Virus record (IMG/VR): IMGVR_UViG_3300048591_000798
Span: 1 to 37,587 of that record
Direction: 5' to 3' (one strand)
DNA: 37,587 bases
Origin: a virus
Position numbers and translations under genes: made by a program
Shown: positions 15,861 through 25,314 of the stretch, piece after piece
Layout: every line of letters begins with the position of its first letter
How positions within the stretch are numbered: the stretch's first letter is position 1
The notes under the pieces: generated by a model
The model's input: the letters and a program-made list of their open reading frames with translations, nothing else
Database searches by the model: none
Told to the model about the DNA's origin: nothing

Positions 15861-16769
15861 TCAAAAGTTCCTCCAGTCGCTCTTAACTTTCTTTGTCCCG
15901 AAAACATCCCGAGGGGTGATCGTCTTCACCGCGCTTTTGATCATCTCGTTAAGCTCACCCTTCTTGTCTTCGTAAGCTGCCTTGTCACCAAGAGCAGAAA
16001 GAAGCTGAACTGCTGTAGCCTGGGCCAGAACCGGGAAGAAGTCGGCCATCATTTCCGGTAGTGGGGTGTAGTTTGCAGGGGCCAGCCAGTCGCCGACCTT
16101 TACAATCGACTTTTCTTCTCTGTTTTTGGGAAGAGATCCAAACGAGATCACATTCCCTGCAGAGATCACCTCGATTGGTTCATCGAGAGCATAAGGGCTG
16201 TACGGGGTGTTGTTATTGATAAAGTCCACAAGCATGGCAGATGACCATGAAGATGGATAAGTGCGCACTGTAACCGTCCCGTTAGCCTCGTCCACTGCAG
16301 TAATCTGAGCCGCCTCGTTATCCCTGATCAAGAGAGAGGGCCTCTGGTAGTACCTAAGCCTCAAGATCCCGCTTGTTGAGTTGGGAGTAGGATATACAAC
16401 CACCTTGTCGTTTTCAAAGTAGAAACCCCTCGGGTAAAGCCCGGTCTGGGTTGTCCCGATTGAGCTTGGATCAAGGGGGCTCAAATTGGTCACTGAATTG
16501 TTGAGGATGAACTGAACAATAGATGTTATCCCGCCAATGGCCCTGGCTGGAATATCATAGATTGCCTGACCATTGGTTAAATTGTAGTCAATGAAGGTCT
16601 CGTAATACTTCTCCCTCACTGACAAAATAATAGGCACAAGTTTCTCTCTTAGCTGCTCGGATGCCACCAAGAGAATATTGTCAGGTGAGAGCGAGCCCTG
16701 GCTTGCGTCGGGGAACATGCCCCTTACTCTCACCGATTTGATCAAATCTGTAGTCGTGTAAGCTGACAT
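15861..16769 (-). CDS. Tail adaptor/tubular-A-like protein (302 aa)
   Basis: Position immediately upstream of the large tail protein; inferred from gene order only. Confidence 0.4.
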   Translation of the reverse strand: MSAYTTTDLIKSVRVRGMFPDASQGSLSPDNILLVASEQLREKLVPIILSVREKYYETFIDYNLTNGQAIYDIPARAIGGITSIVQFILNNSVTNLSPLDPSSIGTTQTGLYPRGFYFENDKVVVYPTPNSTSGILRLRYYQRPSLLIRDNEAAQITAVDEANGTVTVRTYPSSWSSAMLVDFINNNTPYSPYALDEPIEVISAGNVISFGSLPKNREEKSIVKVGDWLAPANYTPLPEMMADFFPVLAQATAVQLLSALGDKAAYEDKKGELNEMIKSAVKTITPRDVFGTKKVKSDWRNF

Positions 16770-16782
16770 GATTCACCCAACT

Positions 16783-17196
16783 TTATAAATTGTTTGTTCC
16801 TTCTACTTTTCTTTTTTCTCTATCTAACTTTCTTTTCATTGACCAAAGAAGCGCTTCGTCTAGCTTGGTTATGATCAAAGCATTTTCTCTGCATGGATAC
16901 TGCTTGTTTAACCCTTCAATTATGATCTTTGCTGCTTCTATTAAAGTATCAACTTGACAGCCATTGACGCCTACTTCTTTGATTGGTCCGTTTTGCAAAT
17001 TAAACGTGATGCTATTTTTGTCTTTTCTTAAATAAATGAATTTGTTTGGTCTAATATCGCGCTCAAACGCTTCATAATCCATTTGACCTTTTAATTCATG
17101 TGGGAATAGATCGGGATGTTTTTCTCGCAAATCATCCATGACCACCACTTCAAAACCGCCAATTTCTTCGATTCCTTTTAATGTCTCTAAAGCCAT
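16783..17196 (-). CDS. Small protein with Acb2/Tad1-like C-terminal motif (candidate cyclic-oligonucleotide sponge)
   Basis: FNLQNGPIKEVGVNGCQVDTLIEAAKIIIEGLNKQYPCRENALIITKLDEALLWSMKRKLDREKRKVEGT matches a pattern I recall (FQ-GP..E.G.NG...CREN..A.TKLEEA..W...R...R...VEGT). Confidence 0.35.
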   Translation of the reverse strand: MALETLKGIEEIGGFEVVVMDDLREKHPDLFPHELKGQMDYEAFERDIRPNKFIYLRKDKNSITFNLQNGPIKEVGVNGCQVDTLIEAAKIIIEGLNKQYPCRENALIITKLDEALLWSMKRKLDREKRKVEGTNNL

Positions 17197-17514
17197 TTAA
17201 GCTACCCCACCGAAAAACTTCTCATAAAGCTTCTTGATCATCATTTTTGTCTCTTCGTCTACCGCTCCACCTTCCATCATTTGTTCTTCCTTCTCTTCCT
17301 CCTCTGGGAAAATCTTTTCTTCCACTTCTTCAACCCCGTCATGTCCGGCCTTAGCCATCTCGTTCTCAAGTCCAGAGCTTGGCTTAACCTCGGTTACTGA
17401 AACCTCGGCTGAAACAGGTTTTTTGAACTTCCCTTGGTCAAGTTCTGACATCTTGCCCATGAGGCCCTTTAAAACCTTCATTTTCCCTTTTTTTTCGTTA
17501 TCCGACAAAAACAT
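17197..17514 (-). CDS. Acidic Glu-rich protein (105 aa)
   Basis: ORF with an EEVEEKIFPEEEEKEEQMMEGG tract; in the structural operon. Confidence 0.5.
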   Translation of the reverse strand: MFLSDNEKKGKMKVLKGLMGKMSELDQGKFKKPVSAEVSVTEVKPSSGLENEMAKAGHDGVEEVEEKIFPEEEEKEEQMMEGGAVDEETKMMIKKLYEKFFGGVA

Positions 17515-17593
17515 GTGAGTCCTTTCTTAATTGTTATTCCTTTTAAATTGGGCCGAGGAGGCTGATGCAGAATGAATTTGATAGTTTCATGGC

Positions 17594-18562
17594 TTACCCT
17601 ATCGTATATGATGCAGTGTGCGCTAAAAAACCACCGTTCCCAGAACCCGCAAAAGAGGAGCCATTCCACTGTTGAAATATTTCAGCTGAACCGTCATAAA
17701 AAAGCACTATTCTACCGGGACGGTCTGGATACACAGTTGACTCATAAGTTGGTACTAACCACTGAACCCCTCCACTTGCTGGCCTAATTGCTGCGGGAAA
17801 CCCGTTTGCAGCTGGTATCACTACAGTTTGTGATTTATTTGTCGCAAAGATTGCTTCATTCATAACAATAGTGACTTGTTTTCCAATGCGAACATATCGT
17901 CCAGTCAGATTTTGTGTCGTGGCAGTCCATGGCCCTTGAGATATTACCGAGAATGTTCCTTCTTCGTAGTGATTCAAGGTACTCTGCCCTGCCGCATCAT
18001 CGAGCTTGAGACCATCATTATACGTCTTAACCCCAGCAAAAGTCTGCGCTTCTGTGCTAACCAAACCAGCCGCACTAGCACTAGCCGGACCAATCCAAAC
18101 GTCAACCGCCGTCACGCCTTCCATGTTCGCTGCTGTGGTGTATGTTGTGGGTTCGGCGTTTAGTTCAACATCTCCTGAAAACGCATAATAATCAGTCGTC
18201 CCAGAAGCATGTTGATAAGATACATTCCCGGTATTGGCCGTGGTATATGCCTGAGAAAACAGAGGACCGCCACCAGAAAATGCTACGACCGATTGGTCGG
18301 CTGTAGCTTTGAAAACTACATCCGCAATAGTCATTGTTGCAGATGTTCTGCTCCCGGATGCTACAGTATAACGTACGTTGAATTTCATTCTCCAAACGCC
18401 CGAGCTATCTGCATAAAATACCGCTACAGCTCTAGTAACCGCAGATACGGTTGGATTGCTTGTGACTGCTGAACTTAGGTCTAATTGTTTCGTCCTCTTC
18501 GTCGCAGCTGAGTAAGGGACGAGAACGTTATTGTTGCGGATACCGATTATGTTTGAAGGCAT
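17594..18562 (-). CDS. Tail fibre / receptor-binding protein 2 (322 aa)
   Basis: RBS AAGGAG; the LNHYEEGTF...G.Y.RIGKQV motif is typical of tail-fibre distal domains. Confidence 0.55.
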   Translation of the reverse strand: MPSNIIGIRNNNVLVPYSAATKRTKQLDLSSAVTSNPTVSAVTRAVAVFYADSSGVWRMKFNVRYTVASGSRTSATMTIADVVFKATADQSVVAFSGGGPLFSQAYTTANTGNVSYQHASGTTDYYAFSGDVELNAEPTTYTTAANMEGVTAVDVWIGPASASAAGLVSTEAQTFAGVKTYNDGLKLDDAAGQSTLNHYEEGTFSVISQGPWTATTQNLTGRYVRIGKQVTIVMNEAIFATNKSQTVVIPAANGFPAAIRPASGGVQWLVPTYESTVYPDRPGRIVLFYDGSAEIFQQWNGSSFAGSGNGGFLAHTASYTIG

Positions 18563-18574
18563 GGTTACTCCTTG

Positions 18575-21541
18575 TTATGCAATTCTTTCTGCTGTTATTC
18601 TACCGAAAGCTTGAACTGTTCCTGATGAAAACTCAGCATATGCTTTTAAAAAATAAGTTGTCTCTACCGTAGGAGTTACAATATCAGATGGGACGGCTAT
18701 TGTTGTTTCACAAGCAGCAGTTGGTGGAGTTGGAAGCAACCCAGCATTGCCACCTAATACTATTCCACCGCTAGCATTGCCATCAGCTGTACCTATACCA
18801 CCTCCAAATCTTGTCCCAGTTACAGCACCACCATTACCGCTGAACCCTACAATTGACTTCAATTCCCATTTTCCCGGTTTCACCGTGACACTAGTTACTG
18901 TTTTCCATTCGCTATTTGTTAAGGTAGTTCTGCTTGCTATGAGCAGAGATCCAACTTTAGTTTCACCAATATATCCTTCAGCTACCGCCACCCCATCAGT
19001 CTTACCAACAATACCGCCGCTTGGAGTGAAAGCCCCGGTTACCGTCAAAGGCCCGCTGACATAACCGCCAAGTCCGCCTGTGCCGTCGTTTACAATCCAT
19101 TTAGTGTTGTTTGAAATAAACTCAGCCCATTGCTCTGTTTCAGTAGCTACAAACTCCACGGTATCGTTGTCAGTATCGTTATAAAAGATCTTGTCTGTAC
19201 CGTTTCCATCGACAATTACTTTATAGCCCGTAGGAATGTTGTAGACAGTGACCTTGACGTTATATTCCGCTGCCACTGCAGGAAGTGTCAGAGTCTTGTC
19301 CTCGGTCATGCTTGAGCCATCGTAAAGATAGTGCTTGCCGTTCTCCAGTGTGCCGGATGAATCTTTGTTGATGGGAGTCGCAATAAGACCGCCGCCGATA
19401 ACCTTTAGATTTGTGCCGTCGTCAGAGTAGAATTTGTCGGTATCAATAGCATAGACAATTGTGCCCTCTTTTCTCGTGAGAGCGGTAAGGTTTGCGAGAG
19501 TATCTTGAGGGATTGTAATTCTCACCGTGTCGCTTGCCGTTTCACCGTTGAGCCCTGTGATTGCACTAGCAGGGTGAGAGTTGGCGTCACCTCTTCCCGA
19601 AAGACTGTTGTGGACCCCTGATACACCTGCAGCAACACCGGGGCTTGTCGTGCGCCTGATATCCTCCACGGCCTCAATTGTCACCCTAGCGTTGTTGTTC
19701 GTGTTTATTGTGCGATATCTCAGCGTGACTTTATATAGCGGCAAGATCTCTTGAACTGGCAAGCTCCCAAGAGACAGGTTAGCTATTGAAAACGCCTGAG
19801 CCCCTGCAAGTGTAGACGACTTATTTTGACCTGCGATAAGCATGAACCTGTTAGCTGACTCTGCTGAGTTTGTCGCAAAGATATAGACGTTGAAATAGTT
19901 GCCGTTCGTGACAGGGGTCAGGCCCCAAGATCCAGAGGTTGTATTGATCTGTGCCACGTTACTTGAATGAAACGCTGGAATAGTATCGGCTGAATCCTTT
20001 CTCCAATCACCGTTGGCCCCCGTTCGATACCACTTATCCCAGTTGTTACCCTTAGCCTTTGCAGTAACGGCGTTTCTAATGTCTTCATCCCAGAAGTTCG
20101 TGGCGTCGATAGCCATCTCAACATTCGATAAAGTATCGCTTGATAGTGTGTAGCCAGAGATAGCGCCGCCCGACTCATAAGCAGCACCTCTAGTGAGGTG
20201 AGCTTGCTTATGCTCATTTGCTGTCCATGATAGACCGTGACGCTCCTCAAGAAAGATGTAATCAGCTGTTGTGGCATTCCAGTAGAACCCTGCCCATATA
20301 ACTTGATTGAGAATATCAACCGAAGTCACGGCCTGAGCTGTGAGTCCTGAGTTTGTGAAAACTAGGTAGTATGAACCCGTCGTGTTAGGCACTGTAACAG
20401 TAACATCCGCGACCGATGAAACCTTGTTGCCTTTGTAGTAGTAGGAAAATGGGTGAGCAATCTTGATTTGCCTCGATCCTTCATACGTAACAGTTGGAGG
20501 AGTAGGAAGCACAACAAGACCCATTGGCTCTTTAGTGTCAGACACGATATTTTGTAGGGCTAAAACATTGACGTTGATAGAGTTGATCTGCCCCTGAATA
20601 CCGCTTGTCACTCCAGACACCCAGCCGAGCTCGGTAGCTGTCACTGCTGAAGTAGTAATAACTCCACCAGCACTTGACACTAAAGCTCTGCTTGCTGTAA
20701 GGGCTGCAAGCTTTGAAAGAGCAATAGCTGCATCCGACTTAACCATGGCATCTACAATATTGTCAGATTTGATTGTAAGACCAGAAGCTACGTCCGCTAA
20801 AATGTTGCCTAGAACCGAGGTGTCGACGTTCTCTGGAAGATCCGAAGAGTTTCCTATGATGAGATCATTTTCTGGAATCGAAAGACCGGGAACAGTTGCC
20901 CATTCCAAAGCGCCCCCGGCTGACTTGACTAAAGCCTGACCTGCTGATCCATCGGCATCAGGAAAGATAAAGTCGTAGTCTTCACTTGGATCGGCTTGCA
21001 AAGTGACATGATAGTCAGATCCAAGTTTCACGCCGCCCGTAGTGATCACAGATGTTGAACCAAAGTCGCCGTTAAATGCGATCTTACTCCAGGCAATAAG
21101 GGCATCGGCTGCAATATTGACATCTTTGATATTTGTTATCGGGTTATCGAGTGCATCAATGGACTTATTTGTCAAAGTTTGCTCGGTAGAAATATCGACA
21201 AGAGCAATATCTTCCCAAGTGATAAAGTTTGCCGAGTTTCTGCCCAGCTTCAGATCCGCACTATTGTCCTCATTACGCCAAGCGACGATATCGCCTTTAG
21301 CGAGTCTCACCGCCCCTGAAAGAGCGGGGGTAGCCGTCTTAGTCTTAAAATACTTTGAGACTACCCCATATGCGCTCCCAAGGTCGAGGTCTGCATCTGT
21401 TAGATGCCAGGCCCCGCCCGCCTTAGTCAGCATCCCGTTTGGGATCGCTACCATGAACTTTGTAACTTCATCACCCCAATTCACGTCGTCCGTATCGGGG
21501 ATTGTATAGTTAACACCATTATAAACAATTACTGTTGACAT
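18575..21541 (-). CDS. Tail fibre/spike protein 1 (988 aa)
   Basis: Long Gly/Thr/Ser/Asn-rich ORF with QTLTNKSI-type fibre motif; follows the head genes. Confidence 0.6.
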   Translation of the reverse strand: MSTVIVYNGVNYTIPDTDDVNWGDEVTKFMVAIPNGMLTKAGGAWHLTDADLDLGSAYGVVSKYFKTKTATPALSGAVRLAKGDIVAWRNEDNSADLKLGRNSANFITWEDIALVDISTEQTLTNKSIDALDNPITNIKDVNIAADALIAWSKIAFNGDFGSTSVITTGGVKLGSDYHVTLQADPSEDYDFIFPDADGSAGQALVKSAGGALEWATVPGLSIPENDLIIGNSSDLPENVDTSVLGNILADVASGLTIKSDNIVDAMVKSDAAIALSKLAALTASRALVSSAGGVITTSAVTATELGWVSGVTSGIQGQINSINVNVLALQNIVSDTKEPMGLVVLPTPPTVTYEGSRQIKIAHPFSYYYKGNKVSSVADVTVTVPNTTGSYYLVFTNSGLTAQAVTSVDILNQVIWAGFYWNATTADYIFLEERHGLSWTANEHKQAHLTRGAAYESGGAISGYTLSSDTLSNVEMAIDATNFWDEDIRNAVTAKAKGNNWDKWYRTGANGDWRKDSADTIPAFHSSNVAQINTTSGSWGLTPVTNGNYFNVYIFATNSAESANRFMLIAGQNKSSTLAGAQAFSIANLSLGSLPVQEILPLYKVTLRYRTINTNNNARVTIEAVEDIRRTTSPGVAAGVSGVHNSLSGRGDANSHPASAITGLNGETASDTVRITIPQDTLANLTALTRKEGTIVYAIDTDKFYSDDGTNLKVIGGGLIATPINKDSSGTLENGKHYLYDGSSMTEDKTLTLPAVAAEYNVKVTVYNIPTGYKVIVDGNGTDKIFYNDTDNDTVEFVATETEQWAEFISNNTKWIVNDGTGGLGGYVSGPLTVTGAFTPSGGIVGKTDGVAVAEGYIGETKVGSLLIASRTTLTNSEWKTVTSVTVKPGKWELKSIVGFSGNGGAVTGTRFGGGIGTADGNASGGIVLGGNAGLLPTPPTAACETTIAVPSDIVTPTVETTYFLKAYAEFSSGTVQAFGRITAERIA

Positions 21542-21572
21542 ATATAAAACCCCATCCTTGGAGTGAAAACTA

Positions 21573-22175
21573 TCAATACTTCTTGCCGAACAAATAAACC
21601 TTCATACCTGTAGCACCTGCATCAATTGCAACGGCAACACGAATGTACTTGTAGTATTTGTCTACAAGATCCCAAATTTTATGTGATCCTGTTGTGATCG
21701 CTGTTTCTGTGGTGAGAAGCTGAAAGTTTGTGCCGTCATTTGAAAACCAGATCCCAATGTTGGCCGTTCCAAGCACTGGAAAGTCGATTGTGTTTGTAGC
21801 ACCAGAACTACCAGCGTTCGTGATGTTTACCGCTGTCCCTGCTTTAGCGTTAGCCAAAGAAGTGGCAAGCTTGATTGTGTTCTCATCAACGACTATTACG
21901 TAGTAGACAGTCAGCAGCGAAAGACCACCCGGAAGAGTACCATCTGTAGTAATCTTGGTGATTTTAGTTCCTGTTAAAAGACCATGATTTGCAATAGTGA
22001 TAGTATTGGCGTCGGCGTCAACATCAGTATCAGCAAAGTCAACATCAGTAAAACTTGCGTCGGTCCATACCGCTTGAATTGACCCCTGATCGAGATCATC
22101 AAGGGTAAAATCAAAGTTCTTATCATAGACAATTGTCTCGTCTATGATCTTAGCGTTTTTAGTTACAATCATCAT
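21573..22175 (-). CDS. Structural protein (200 aa) carrying a ~65-aa module shared with the 962-aa tail protein
   Basis: ATGA coupling to the upstream gene; module NTITIANHGLLTGTKI...LPGGLS...IKLATS...AGTAV. Confidence 0.5.
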   Translation of the reverse strand: MMIVTKNAKIIDETIVYDKNFDFTLDDLDQGSIQAVWTDASFTDVDFADTDVDADANTITIANHGLLTGTKITKITTDGTLPGGLSLLTVYYVIVVDENTIKLATSLANAKAGTAVNITNAGSSGATNTIDFPVLGTANIGIWFSNDGTNFQLLTTETAITTGSHKIWDLVDKYYKYIRVAVAIDAGATGMKVYLFGKKY

Positions 22176-22732
22176 TGCCCCCTTGAATAAACGGTTGGAG
22201 CTTCAGAAACACCGCCAGCACCGCCAGCAAGAGCTGCTGCACTGACTACAATTCCGTTGGCTGTTGCGCTGTTTTCAGCAAGGGCGATAAGGTTACCGAT
22301 AACACCCGCTTGGTGAGCTGTAATTGTCACTACTCCAGCTGAAGTCACTGCTGCTGACACATAGAGCTTGGTTGTAGTGTTGGCATTAACTGCTGCTGCG
22401 AAGTTTGCTACAGTTGTTGCGAGATCGGTTTCTTTTTTGAACTGAACTGCGGTTGGAGTGCCAGCGTCAACACAAGTAAAAGTAACTCCAGCTACAGTTA
22501 CAGTATCGTTTGCTGCAAGGTTTGCGTAAATGAAGGTAACAGTTCCACTTGCCCTCACCGCTGCAGCCGCATTTTTTGCAGCAATTACTTTTCCAGAAAC
22601 AGTTCCACTTGCGAGCCGCGCAAACAATGTGCTGAGTGCTGTCATCTCGCCCCTTGGGTCTGTCGAAGATTTGAGGTAATCGTTTACATCAGCTCTATCG
22701 ACATTCACGGTTATATTTAAAGACTTTGCCAT
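22172..22732 (-). CDS. Ala/Thr/Val-rich head-associated protein (decoration/fibre candidate)
   Basis: 186-aa ORF, first gene after the capsid terminator; internal repeat SGTVTF.../AGVVTI... Confidence 0.45.
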   Translation of the reverse strand: MAKSLNITVNVDRADVNDYLKSSTDPRGEMTALSTLFARLASGTVSGKVIAAKNAAAAVRASGTVTFIYANLAANDTVTVAGVTFTCVDAGTPTAVQFKKETDLATTVANFAAAVNANTTTKLYVSAAVTSAGVVTITAHQAGVIGNLIALAENSATANGIVVSAAALAGGAGGVSEAPTVYSRGQ

Positions 22733-22750
22733 TTTGTTTTTCCCTTACTT

Positions 22751-22780
22751 AAAAGGGTTAGCGGAGTTTACCGCTAACCC
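22751..22780 (-). terminator. Intrinsic terminator after the major capsid gene
   Basis: Perfect 10-bp stem GGGTTAGCGG/CCGCTAACCC, 6-nt loop, then TTTT on the - strand; 30 nt after the capsid stop. Confidence 0.65.
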
Positions 22781-22810
22781 AAAGACTAAGAATGAATACG
22801 ACCCACCCAA

Positions 22811-24082
22811 TTAAGAGTTGACAATGTTGTAGAATTTTACTGCTTGAGCTGGACGAGAAAGAAGAACTGCAAACTCAGCACCGCAACGGAGTGAGTACCC
22901 GGCGTAGCCTGGGATCTCTTGGAAAAACTCGTCTGTTTTTCCGGGGCGCTGGAAGGAGAGTTCTTTTGCGCCAACGCGAGAAAGATACTTGGGAGGAACA
23001 AGATAAGCCTCTCCCTCTTTTACGATGTTGTTCACGACTACCTTGATCTTGCCGCCTGGGCCTTGGTAGCAGATGCCTTCTGTGCCGTTCTCAGATTCGT
23101 TGGAATCATAAGATCCATCGTACATTCTGAGAGCTGCTTGATCGGCGTTGAGGTTCTGGTAAGTCTTTGCTGAAACCATCAAAACAGACTCGCTGTTGAG
23201 ACCGCCGACCGATACCGCTTTAGCAGCACCCGCAAGAACCTTTGCCATTGTGAGCGAAGCACTCTCACAGTCATGAGTTTGACCTTGCCATAAAGGGTAA
23301 ACAGTTGGATCAATACCAAGGAATGTCGCACCGCCTACGATTTGCTTTTCAAGACCAAGCATATCGTTTGTGTAGGCACCCTTTGGCATCATGTAGACAG
23401 TCTGAGAGTCAACGGCTGTGTCCACTGCTCCAGCTAGAGTTGCACTTGCGCAAGTAATAGTGATTGTACGAGTACTAGCGACAACCTTTGTAATCTTGCC
23501 AGTTACGTTTGCGTTATCTGTGATTTGTGTCGAGCCATAGTAGAATTCAACAGTAGCGCCGATTGCGCCGCCCCAAATGCCACCTGACCACTGAGCTTCG
23601 GTGATCGTTACGGTAAGTACCGCTGAAGCTGCTGAAGCTGTTGCAATTGTTCCCCATCCTGTACTTGATTTACCATAGAGCATGGAGATCTCAAGATAGC
23701 GAGCAAGAGAATCATACATCACGCGAGCACGAAGGGTAGCTTCGGTCATGAATGTTTTAGCGTTGTTCGCCATTCTGTTCGCTACAGATTCAGAGATCTG
23801 AGTCAAAAGAATAGTTGGCTGAGCGTCAACTTCAATCTCGTCATATGCAGCTGCGCTTGCATCGTTAAGTGCAAACACAGATCCATCGCCAAAAGTAACT
23901 CCGTTTTCGTGGCTGAGCTGCACAGGAACTAAGTATTTTCTACCTTCCTTAGTTGCCTCTGTGATCTCAGGAATCATTTTCATCAGCACAGCATTCTCTG
24001 GAAGAAGTGTCTGTGATTTGTCCTGAACATATTTAAACTGGGTATTCAAACTGGTAAGTATTGATGCGCCATCGTATGCCAT
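22811..24082 (-). CDS. Major capsid protein (423 aa)
   Basis: Order terminase-portal-scaffold-this gene; size; bracketed by its own promoter and terminator. Confidence 0.65.
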   Translation of the reverse strand: MAYDGASILTSLNTQFKYVQDKSQTLLPENAVLMKMIPEITEATKEGRKYLVPVQLSHENGVTFGDGSVFALNDASAAAYDEIEVDAQPTILLTQISESVANRMANNAKTFMTEATLRARVMYDSLARYLEISMLYGKSSTGWGTIATASAASAVLTVTITEAQWSGGIWGGAIGATVEFYYGSTQITDNANVTGKITKVVASTRTITITCASATLAGAVDTAVDSQTVYMMPKGAYTNDMLGLEKQIVGGATFLGIDPTVYPLWQGQTHDCESASLTMAKVLAGAAKAVSVGGLNSESVLMVSAKTYQNLNADQAALRMYDGSYDSNESENGTEGICYQGPGGKIKVVVNNIVKEGEAYLVPPKYLSRVGAKELSFQRPGKTDEFFQEIPGYAGYSLRCGAEFAVLLSRPAQAVKFYNIVNS

Positions 24083-24234
24083 AAATTTAAAACCTCTTGT
24101 CTTAAAATTTAATTAAAAAAATTCAAACCAAACTATTTTTTGTGAGTTCGCTCTTGCTTGATTTGTCGCTCGGTTGTCTCCATCCTAGAGAGCCTTGCGA
24201 GATCTTTTTGCTGAGGCTTGTGCTCAGTTTTAAT

Positions 24235-24262
24235 CTTATATATTGCCGTGCTTTTTGGTCAA
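24235..24262 (-). promoter_or_regulatory. Sigma70-like promoter TTGACC-N16-TATAAG upstream of the capsid gene
   Basis: Read on the - strand 12 nt after the scaffold stop; leaves a ~145-nt leader. Confidence 0.4.
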
Positions 24263-24273
24263 CTTAACTGAAT

Positions 24274-25284
24274 CTAACCACGAAAGCCTCTCATCACCTC
24301 CCTTTCCCAGTCTTTGCCTGAGAGCTTGCGCTGTGGTTTGTCCCCTTTTTGCATGCCTTTTCCGGGAACGAACGTGTAGCCGCTCTCTGGCTGAGACTTT
24401 TTGAGCCGTGAAAGATCATAGTCACGTATTTTTTTCGCGTTTTTCTCTCCTAAGAACTTTAAAATTGCTGCACCGTCAAGTGGGTCTAAAAGCTCCGATA
24501 CGTCTTGCACATAGTCTTGGTATACGGCGTCAGCGTATTCAGCTGGATCACGGTTGATTCCAGCCTCGATATCGGCCTGAACATAATCGATCATTCTGCG
24601 AACTGCCCCGGTTGTTCTCGGTAAGCCGGAATTTTCAAGAGCCTTGGTGAACTTCTGGTCAAACTCTTGCTCATAGCGCGACTCCTCTTCAGCTTCCCTG
24701 GCTTGCTGCTCTTTTTGCTGCTGCTCAGCTCTCATTTGGTCATAGAGCTCAGCCTTCTTTCTAGCCTCGTGATAGGCTTTCTCCTCGGGGCTCATGCGCT
24801 TCATCTGTTCGGCCATTTGCTCTTGCTGGATCTGTTCCCAGATAAACTCTTCAGCAATGTTTTTAAAATCGATCCCGATGTTGGGGTCAGTGAGAATGGA
24901 ACGGGGGTCAGTCTTAAGTCGATGTTTGAAGTCATCGATCTCTTTTTTCATCTTGGCCGCTTCTTGCCAAGTTTCTGTGGCTGCCGCCCCCTTTTGCGCA
25001 TATTCGTGATATTTGGTTTCATCAACCTCGATCTCCCGCCCTTTGACCTTGAGTTTTTTCAGGGCTGCCTCGGCTTTTTTCATGGCCTCGGTGTCCGGTT
25101 TTTTGACGTCCTCTGTCTTATTTTCGGACTCTGGCTTTTCCTGTGGCTCTTTGGGGGCCTTGGCCTCTTTTTTTGCATAAGCTGGGTTGATGCCTGGAGG
25201 GGTTGCGTTGAATGCTGCCTCCAAGCTGTCTTCGTTTGTCTCTGTTTGAGTTGGTTCACTCGTATTTTGGGTAGCCGTTTCCAT
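24274..25284 (-). CDS. Scaffolding protein (Glu/Lys/Gln-rich)
   Basis: Highly charged ORF between portal and capsid; the ATG at 25284 lies 7 nt after AAGGAG. Confidence 0.6.
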   Translation of the reverse strand: METATQNTSEPTQTETNEDSLEAAFNATPPGINPAYAKKEAKAPKEPQEKPESENKTEDVKKPDTEAMKKAEAALKKLKVKGREIEVDETKYHEYAQKGAAATETWQEAAKMKKEIDDFKHRLKTDPRSILTDPNIGIDFKNIAEEFIWEQIQQEQMAEQMKRMSPEEKAYHEARKKAELYDQMRAEQQQKEQQAREAEEESRYEQEFDQKFTKALENSGLPRTTGAVRRMIDYVQADIEAGINRDPAEYADAVYQDYVQDVSELLDPLDGAAILKFLGEKNAKKIRDYDLSRLKKSQPESGYTFVPGKGMQKGDKPQRKLSGKDWEREVMRGFRG

Positions 25285-25314
25285 AATCACGCTCCTTGTG
25301 AATGGTTAAGTTTT

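Noticed and set aside
17234-17518. 94-aa Ser-rich + strand ORF
   Set aside because: It is the mirror frame of the Glu-rich - strand gene (GAA/GAG read as TTC/CTC).
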